This document shows, piece by piece, positions 57,619 through 64,000 of a DNA stretch of 64,000 bases. The notes under the pieces were generated by a model. The model made no database searches. It was not told where the DNA came from and saw nothing but the letters and a program-made list of their open reading frames with translations. Position 1 is the first letter of the stretch. The number at the start of each line of letters is the position of its first letter. The stretch is from a virus: IMG/VR virus record IMGVR_UViG_3300020406_000005, positions 10,633-74,632 of that record; one strand, 5' to 3'. The translations under genes were made by a program, and so were the position numbers.

Positions 57619-59451
57619 TTATTTCTTGATGTATCTAACTGTAAGAACGTCATCACCGTCAAGCGCCGTATTCATACATAGGTGTGCGTCACTCTGGACT
57701 TTGTAATCGCCGGCGTTAGCAAGGCCCAAAGTACCAGATGGCTGCTGCAAAACACCATTGAGGAATACCTGCAATGACTGTGTAAGCTGCTGGGTGTGGT
57801 TAACAGCTAAACTGGCGGTGAGGCCGGTTGTCATAGAAGAAGACTGAAAGAATTCTTCTTTCTGGTCCACCTTCAACTGACTTGAAGCAACTTCTAGACC
57901 ATCACCAGCGATTGCGGTGAGGAAGTTAGCAGTTGTTACGTGACGTACATCGCCACCACCTGTTGATGCATCGGCGTCCGAGAACACAATGCTGTCAGCA
58001 GTATTCGAAAAAGTTGCTGCTGCATAACCATCAAGGCGGTTAAGCTCTCCCGCGAGGGAGGTGACGATAGTGCCACCGAGAGCGAGACCGTTTGTACCAT
58101 CGTGAGATGCGATATTAACATCGTATGCGCCATCCTTAAAGGTCGTATCACCATCAGAATTAAAAGTAATGATATCAGCCAATGTATTGTTACCAATAGT
58201 ACCAGCGTCGTCAAGAACAAGGCTACCAGCACGGACAGCATGGTAAGTTGCAGGTACAATCTGCGCCCCGCTGCCGACTGTGCCAGAGTGCTCAGTTCTA
58301 ACAAAAGCAAATTCGCCTTCTGAGGCATCCCAGTATATTGCTGGGTTGGTAGTTCCACTAATAGCGAAAATCAAACCAAGGTCGACGTTTGAACTGGCTG
58401 CTTCGCCACTTGAGCCGCTACCAAGAATAATGAGCGCATCTTCAACCTGGAGGTTTGTGGTGTCTACTGTTGTGGTTGTGCCGTTAACAGTAAGATCACC
58501 AGTAACTGTAAGGTTATCATTGACGGTAACCTCTGAAGTGGTATGACCGATGCTGATGGCAGCGCCGGAGTCTGCAGTACCGATATTAATTCCTCCGACA
58601 CCATCGATTGCCACTGTGGAGGCTCCATCCAAAGTGAAAGCTCCACCGATTGTGTGAATTGCGGTTCCAGTGGTGTCGATGGTGAGGGTACCTGCGTCGA
58701 TATCTACTTGAGATCCTGCTGCTGAGTTACCATCAATGTGGATACCAACCGCAGAGCCAGTTATAGCACTTTGAATTAAAATTTTGCTATCGGCTGAGCT
58801 GTTTATGAGAGACAGGTTACCGGCACTAGTTGTCAAGTCCGATGCTGCTCCACCTTGCAAGGAAAGTGTCCCACCAGCGTCAGCGGTGATGTCGCCCGTA
58901 CTGTTGATATCTACCTGGCTGTCACCCTGGACGACCAAAGTGCCATCAGATGAATTGCGAAGAAAAACATCTTCGTCGCCAAAGCTAATTTTTCGGCCTG
59001 ATTGGACTCTGAGTGCAGGAATAGCAGCAGAGACGTGTGTCAGTATTACTTGCGCTGAGTTTGACGCGTTACCAAGTGTTATGAGAGCCGCGTCAGAACC
59101 AAGAGTCAGATCGTCACCGATCGATGCATCGCCAGTGACGCTAAGGACGCCTGCAGTAAGTGTATCTGTGCTTGGAACATACGATAGTCCTGTTCCTGAG
59201 TCGACGAAAACTTCTTTTCGGTCACCAGATCCAGATACAAAAGCGATTTTCATCGAATCGGAGCCGTTTCCGGCGGTGACATCGGGGTCACCAAAGTAGT
59301 TTTGTGCAAACGCTGCAGAAATTGTCTGCACCGCAGTACCATCCGTGGTGTGCACGAGAAAGTTGTGAGAATCAGTTAAGCCTGCAGCTCCGAGTGCATT
59401 AGCACTCGAACCAGTCAGGGTCAACTGGGTTGGATTTATTTTTGTAGCCAT
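57619..59451 (-). CDS. fibre-like virion structural protein
   Basis: Gly/Thr/Ser-rich beta repeats; LTVTGDLTVNGTTTTV; C-terminal VFLNGVLQ...DY. Confidence 0.7.
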   Translation of the reverse strand: MATKINPTQLTLTGSSANALGAAGLTDSHNFLVHTTDGTAVQTISAAFAQNYFGDPDVTAGNGSDSMKIAFVSGSGDRKEVFVDSGTGLSYVPSTDTLTAGVLSVTGDASIGDDLTLGSDAALITLGNASNSAQVILTHVSAAIPALRVQSGRKISFGDEDVFLRNSSDGTLVVQGDSQVDINSTGDITADAGGTLSLQGGAASDLTTSAGNLSLINSSADSKILIQSAITGSAVGIHIDGNSAAGSQVDIDAGTLTIDTTGTAIHTIGGAFTLDGASTVAIDGVGGINIGTADSGAAISIGHTTSEVTVNDNLTVTGDLTVNGTTTTVDTTNLQVEDALIILGSGSSGEAASSNVDLGLIFAISGTTNPAIYWDASEGEFAFVRTEHSGTVGSGAQIVPATYHAVRAGSLVLDDAGTIGNNTLADIITFNSDGDTTFKDGAYDVNIASHDGTNGLALGGTIVTSLAGELNRLDGYAAATFSNTADSIVFSDADASTGGGDVRHVTTANFLTAIAGDGLEVASSQLKVDQKEEFFQSSSMTTGLTASLAVNHTQQLTQSLQVFLNGVLQQPSGTLGLANAGDYKVQSDAHLCMNTALDGDDVLTVRYIKK

Positions 59452-59458
59452 GTAATAT

Positions 59459-59540
59459 TTACTCCTTGTTTATTTTATTAAAATATTTTGGTTTTAAAAC
59501 TAATTTAAAATTTTAATTAAACTAAAGTAAAAAGGAGTAA
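59459..59540 (-). promoter_or_regulatory. long inverted repeat covering the RBS of the fibre gene
   Basis: TTACTCCTT/AAGGAGTAA outer arms plus inner AT arms. Confidence 0.6.
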
Positions 59541-59552
59541 CAAAAAATAAAA

Positions 59553-59765
59553 TTATGAAAATAAAATTTTCTTTAAATTTCTAACGTTATTATCAAACTT
59601 ACAAAAATCTGAATCTAAGAACTCTAATGAAAGAGATTTACATCGGTCATCAGGGTCTTCAAACGAAAAATAAAATTTGCCTGTTTCTAGTCTTTTGCAT
59701 TCTTTTATTTTAATGCCTTTTAATTGCAAATAAGCGGCAATTCCTATATCACTTGTAGAATACAT
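59553..59765 (-). CDS. small hypothetical protein (DUF5659-like)
   Basis: TSDIGIAAYL...FYFSF. Confidence 0.65.
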   Translation of the reverse strand: MYSTSDIGIAAYLQLKGIKIKECKRLETGKFYFSFEDPDDRCKSLSLEFLDSDFCKFDNNVRNLKKILFS

Positions 59766-59819
59766 TTCTAACCCTCTAACTTTTACTAGATCACTAAGTA
59801 TAAGTAAATAGTTGGTCAG

Positions 59820-60203
59820 CTAGTCTTCTTTCCTGATAAAGTAACCCTTTTCTCCAAGTTGGGTTGGAAGCTTAAGCTCATACGTCCAATCAAGGTTCAA
59901 GGCGCACTTTTCTTGCAAATCTCTTGCAATTTTATTCATGGCTGCTTCAAGGTCGTTCATTCTTTGCAGAAGATTTAACTTCTGCCTCTCATGAGTTACT
60001 AGCATATCACTTAGCAGGGCCTGGTTATCAGAATAGTTTTGCCTAACCATAAGCAACTCTTCCATGTCTTCCCACTCAACTTCGACAACCTCAGAAGATT
60101 CTTCTTCTGATGTTTCTAGTTCCGGAGCCTCTTCTTCTCTTGTTTCACTCTCCTCTTGAGCGAAATCGATCTTATTTTCTTCAGTCATTTTTTTTCCTTT
60201 CAT
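59820..60203 (-). CDS. hypothetical acidic coiled-coil protein
   Basis: 127-aa ORF. Confidence 0.65.
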   Translation of the reverse strand: MKGKKMTEENKIDFAQEESETREEEAPELETSEEESSEVVEVEWEDMEELLMVRQNYSDNQALLSDMLVTHERQKLNLLQRMNDLEAAMNKIARDLQEKCALNLDWTYELKLPTQLGEKGYFIRKED

Positions 60204-60227
60204 TTTGCGTTTATGACTTTTGAACTA

Positions 60228-61058
60228 TTAAAGTCCGTACTTTTCTAGTTCATTGGGATCTATTATAACAGATTCTTTTGGAATTTTAACCTCTACAAAA
60301 TTTTCTCTTACAGAATAGTGAGGTTTTTCTCTATTATTTCCTTGACCAACTAAGTAGCCAACTACTCTTATATTTATCATTGTTTCAAATTTTCTTTCAT
60401 CATTTGAGTAATCGGAAAGGTTACTCTTTGAAGAAAACTGGCCTTCGATGAAGCCTTCATACCTGTGGCCATCATTCTCTAACTTTATATAGTTTATTGT
60501 ACCAGGGTTTGTTATAAAAGGCAACATTAAATTGTTCATTTGTTGTTGATATTCTGTTCTTAGTGTAATCTCATAACTTATTTCAACATTTACCGGCATT
60601 GGGGCTGAAATTGTTTGATATACAATCTTGCTATTTTTTATCGGATAAGAAGAGTCTTGTGTGGATTTTTGAGCGGTAGATTTAGCATAAGCTCTTGTTT
60701 TCTCTTGATTTATAACCCGACTTACCACTAAAGAGCCACCCTGCTCGTCGTCATTTTCGAAAACCGTTCCTTGAAAAACACCCTTACTTGGTAGACTTTT
60801 TTGCACATTAGATCTTTTTATAGAGATTAGGGGCAGCTTTAACATACCTTGAGAATCTCTAACCTGGCGATCTGTTTTAGAAAGAAAAGCTCTCTCTGAA
60901 GTTCCCCATAAAACGGGAACCTTTTCGGGCCCGTCATTAGTATCAACAGATAAATTTAATTTTGTAATGTAATCATATATTGAGTGATCTATATTCTCTA
61001 TTGTAGAGGGGTTGAAGTACTTTTTTTCTGGAATTCCAGTTGTTCTATAGTCACTCAT
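60228..61058 (-). CDS. tail terminator / sheath stabiliser (gp15-like)
   Basis: VPV.WG..ER, LPLISI.R, PVNVEISYEI; position. Confidence 0.7.
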   Translation of the reverse strand: MSDYRTTGIPEKKYFNPSTIENIDHSIYDYITKLNLSVDTNDGPEKVPVLWGTSERAFLSKTDRQVRDSQGMLKLPLISIKRSNVQKSLPSKGVFQGTVFENDDEQGGSLVVSRVINQEKTRAYAKSTAQKSTQDSSYPIKNSKIVYQTISAPMPVNVEISYEITLRTEYQQQMNNLMLPFITNPGTINYIKLENDGHRYEGFIEGQFSSKSNLSDYSNDERKFETMINIRVVGYLVGQGNNREKPHYSVRENFVEVKIPKESVIIDPNELEKYGL

Positions 61059-61552
61059 TTCTGTATCACCTCAAATAATCCTTTTCTAGCTCGAATGCAC
61101 TTTGCTGCTATTTCAAAGCTAGATTCAATTTTACCAAAAAGCCACTTAGGTTCTTCTAAGGTCAAAATCTCATAAAAATTTTCTCCGTACTGAACAAAGT
61201 CGCCTTCTCTAACAAACATGTCTTGATCCTCTACGAGCCTCCTCTTGTGAAAAGCGATACTTATCCTTTCAACGCGGTCGATGCCAAGAGGCGTGGTTGT
61301 AGTTGATTGGGATTCGTATTTAACCATCGCATATATTCTAACAGGATCTAAAAATGTTTTTTCGATTGCTTCGCCATACAATGGATGAAATTTTGTATGC
61401 TCTAAACTTATTGGATAATATATTATTGTTTGCCCAACGACCCTCTCAATAACCTCGTCGTTTACTTGCTTGACAAGATCTTTCTCTTTTTGGCCAACAA
61501 AAAGAGGTGGAGGTGGGTTTGCTGGTTGTGACCATTTGTTATCATCAGACAT
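61055..61552 (-). CDS. neck / head-closure protein (gp14-like)
   Basis: GQTIIYY...LYGE...REGDFV. Confidence 0.75.
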   Translation of the reverse strand: MSDDNKWSQPANPPPPLFVGQKEKDLVKQVNDEVIERVVGQTIIYYPISLEHTKFHPLYGEAIEKTFLDPVRIYAMVKYESQSTTTTPLGIDRVERISIAFHKRRLVEDQDMFVREGDFVQYGENFYEILTLEEPKWLFGKIESSFEIAAKCIRARKGLFEVIQK

Positions 61553-61558
61553 AAATTA

Positions 61559-62818
61559 CTATCCTACGTAAATATGATAAGGCACTTTTTGCAGCACCTT
61601 TTCAGTGTTCTCAAGCAAGCCAGCATCTTGCTCAGCCATCTTAGCATAAGTTAATTCAGTTAGCGTCTGTTTTAACTCGTCTCTTAATTTCGTTTGCTCA
61701 TCTTTAGCTTCTGATATTAGAGCAGATCCATTTAGTGTCACTGACTCGCCAGGAATTGGCACTGTAGAAAATTTTGATCTGACTTGACCCAATATTTCTT
61801 TGCAAAGCGCTAGGGCGAACCTTCTTATCCACTGCTTACCAATAGAATTTATGCTACCAAATGGTAAGTTTCCAATTGGTAAAGTATTCATATTATTCAC
61901 ACCATCGGTTGTTTTGTCGTCGTTATCCCAAACATCAGTTGGTATTGAAAACTCAATCCACATTTTGCCTGGGCCGCCAGAATACGGACGAGGGTGCAGT
62001 CTGATTTTGTTATTCCTTAGTTCATAAGAGTAGTGAGACATTCTAGTATAAATCGCATCTTCAAAAGCCATGGCCTGTGCTTTGTTGTGCCATGCTGGGA
62101 CAAGCTGAAACGTAGAATCGTCTGAAAATTGTCCATAATTGTGCAAGTTTCCAACCACGTTTAGTCCACCATAGTATCCAAAAAATCTCCACATCGCATG
62201 TGGAGTCTTATAATATACTTTCTTAATTAATACTTTCTTTCCAGCGATAGGAGTAGAAAACTCAGCAGAATTTTCTAAAATATTTTGCAAGTCATAGTCT
62301 TGAGTTCCCACAATTGTGTCAAAAGACGCAGAATACTGGACTGATCCATTAAGACCGATTTCAGATGATACACCTTCTCCAATGCGGCGAGTCATACTAT
62401 AGTCAAATTTTGGATACTTTAGCGCGACGTGTGAGCCGCCCAAAGAAGATGACAATGCTCCTGCTTCTAAATTACCTTTTGAGTCGAAAGACCCAGTTGT
62501 ATTGCCCAATGCGTCAGACAATACATTTGTTGCCTGATGTATATTGACCAAGTATGAATATTCGAGTACAGCCTCTTCGTAGGCAGAGTAAACATTTCCT
62601 TCTGTAATTTCAAGATCTAAAACATCTCCACCAAGCTTTTTATATACGTAGGAGACTTGATCTACTGCTCCGGAGATGAACTCAGAAGAATACATTGGTG
62701 ATGTTTCTTCTGAATAAATTTTGTATGGCACTGCAGAATTTACGCTTAAACTACTGCCAGTAACTGGCAATACAATAGCAGACAAAGTGCTCGCTGGTGT
62801 TAGTGTTGGTGCAGACAT
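61559..62818 (-). CDS. neck / adaptor protein (gp13-like)
   Basis: LGGDVLDLE, WIRRFALALCKEILG..RSKF..PIPG..VTLNG. Confidence 0.8.
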   Translation of the reverse strand: MSAPTLTPASTLSAIVLPVTGSSLSVNSAVPYKIYSEETSPMYSSEFISGAVDQVSYVYKKLGGDVLDLEITEGNVYSAYEEAVLEYSYLVNIHQATNVLSDALGNTTGSFDSKGNLEAGALSSSLGGSHVALKYPKFDYSMTRRIGEGVSSEIGLNGSVQYSASFDTIVGTQDYDLQNILENSAEFSTPIAGKKVLIKKVYYKTPHAMWRFFGYYGGLNVVGNLHNYGQFSDDSTFQLVPAWHNKAQAMAFEDAIYTRMSHYSYELRNNKIRLHPRPYSGGPGKMWIEFSIPTDVWDNDDKTTDGVNNMNTLPIGNLPFGSINSIGKQWIRRFALALCKEILGQVRSKFSTVPIPGESVTLNGSALISEAKDEQTKLRDELKQTLTELTYAKMAEQDAGLLENTEKVLQKVPYHIYVG

Positions 62819-62887
62819 TCTTATCCCTCGCTGAATACAGTTTATCACTATAACTAGTTATTTGAGGGAGCATTTAACCTAGGCTTG

Positions 62888-63319
62888 TTATTTTGTTTTC
62901 GTGGTTCGGCCTCTACGAGTTGTAGTGGCAGTTTTCTTTGTTGTGGCAGGTTTCTTAGCAGCCGGTTTTTTTGTAGTGGTGGCTGTAGTTTTCTTTGTTG
63001 TTGTTTTACGAATTGTTTTAGGCTTTTCTGCTTTTGGCTCCTCAACAACTGGCGGTGGCTCAACTGTTGGCTCTTGCTCTTCTTTGTCAATAAATTTTAA
63101 AGCATTTGGAGTTTCTTTTGGCTCCTCAAAAACTTCTTTGATATCTTCAACAATCTCTTCAACAGATTCTGTAACATTATCGATAACATCTTCAACAGTT
63201 TCGGTGATGTTATCGACAACGTCTTCTACTGTTTGTCTTAATTTATGGTAGGTTTCTCTTGTTTTTGCAAATTTTACTGCAAATTTTGGATTATTTATTC
63301 TTCTTCTACGTTTTCCCAT
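62888..63319 (-). CDS. low-complexity hypothetical protein
   Basis: VEDVxDNxTE repeats and Lys/Thr-rich tail. Confidence 0.65.
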   Translation of the reverse strand: MGKRRRRINNPKFAVKFAKTRETYHKLRQTVEDVVDNITETVEDVIDNVTESVEEIVEDIKEVFEEPKETPNALKFIDKEEQEPTVEPPPVVEEPKAEKPKTIRKTTTKKTTATTTKKPAAKKPATTKKTATTTRRGRTTKTK

Positions 63320-63334
63320 TGGGGTTCCTTTCTG

Positions 63335-64000
63335 TTATTCGGCTCTGTATGACTTTGCTTGCCACTGTCCGTTGACAACGACTACCTCGACCTGATCTCC
63401 GGCTGTGGCGCCTTCAGTAATTTGAATAGTTCTAGTTGAAAGCGAGGCGCCTGTGCGGTCGACACCCACTGTATCGCCAGCAACATCAGCAAGTGTAGCT
63501 CCGCCAATAATATTATCGCCGGCGCCTTCTGTAAATGCAATCGTGCTTCCTGCAGCGCCGAAAGCTGCCGAGGTGATGGTAACATTGTCAGTATTAGTTA
63601 CAGCACATGTAATGCCTTGAATTCCAGTTCCCACAGATCCTTCGCCAGTAGCTGGCCTATCGAGGGTTGCAGCTGCAATTGGTCCATCATTTGTGCCGTC
63701 AATGCATTGCTTAACCACAGCCGCAACACGAGCGGCCGTGTCAGTCGCGCCGCCGACGCCCCTTTTGATCACAAACGCACCTGCCGCGGCAGCCTCGCCG
63801 TGGTCTGCATCTTGAAGTGTGAATGTAAAGGTTGTCGCGGTGCCTCCGGCTGCGACGGGAACTGTAATAGTAAAGGTGTCCCCATTGGCGTTGCCATTAA
63901 ATTCTAGTGCCTCGGCAGTAGCGAGTACGCCTGTAGTGAGTGCACCGCCAGCCTTGTGGGCAACAAGGCTAACCGTCTCAGTACCTTGAGCAGTAATCGT
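63335..64000 (-). CDS. virion structural protein, start lies beyond window
   Basis: Frame open to 64000; Ala/Gly/Thr-rich. Confidence 0.7.
   Translation of the reverse strand, partial: TITAQGTETVSLVAHKAGGALTTGVLATAEALEFNGNANGDTFTITVPVAAGGTATTFTFTLQDADHGEAAAAGAFVIKRGVGGATDTAARVAAVVKQCIDGTNDGPIAAATLDRPATGEGSVGTGIQGITCAVTNTDNVTITSAAFGAAGSTIAFTEGAGDNIIGGATLADVAGDTVGVDRTGASLSTRTIQITEGATAGDQVEVVVVNGQWQAKSYRAE

Noticed and set aside
24-63907. Plus-strand ORFs in the track (e.g. 18248-18757, 52650-53222, 58784-59299)
   Set aside because: Nearly all are antisense shadows of well-supported minus-strand genes, with no recognisable motifs.
1-64000. tRNA/rRNA genes and alternative genetic code
   Set aside because: No cloverleaf or rRNA recognised by eye (tRNAscan-SE would be decisive); long genes are intact in the standard code and all three stop codons are used.

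Overview
A 64-kb fragment of a large, AT-rich, standard-code myovirus (jumbo-phage-like, loosely T4-style organisation). Essentially all credible genes are on the minus strand. In transcription order (right to left): neck, tail and baseplate module (64.0-45.6 kb); replication and recombination (minimal family-A polymerase, divergent tubulin/FtsZ, MORC-type GHKL ATPase, gp32-like SSB, RecA, 5'-3' exonuclease, DnaB-type helicase, DnaE); nucleotide metabolism (class II RNR, ThyX, dUTPase, GuaB, thymidine kinase); proteostasis (GroEL, GroES, ClpP, Hsp20); probable head-internal proteins; and an accessory region (0-12.7 kb) with a MoxR/vWA pair and many small SH3/KOW-like ORFs. The most striking feature is a tandem array of about 12 mini-genes (6.7-9.0 kb). 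They are joined by a conserved ~31-nt junction (sense consensus GGAGGTTATCAGTGAAAGTCGGTGACTTGGT) that encodes the upstream C-terminus and stop, the RBS, the start codon and the downstream N-terminus all at once, so it looks like a recombinable gene-cassette array. Other notable signals: a duplicated leader hairpin with a compensatory base-pair change, a ROSE-like thermometer before hsp20, a candidate frameshifted tail chaperone, a myxobacterial-style Cys-rich vWA lipoprotein, a stand-alone LeuA/CimA-like regulatory domain and a candidate structured ncRNA. All product calls come from motif recognition by eye; no database searches were run.
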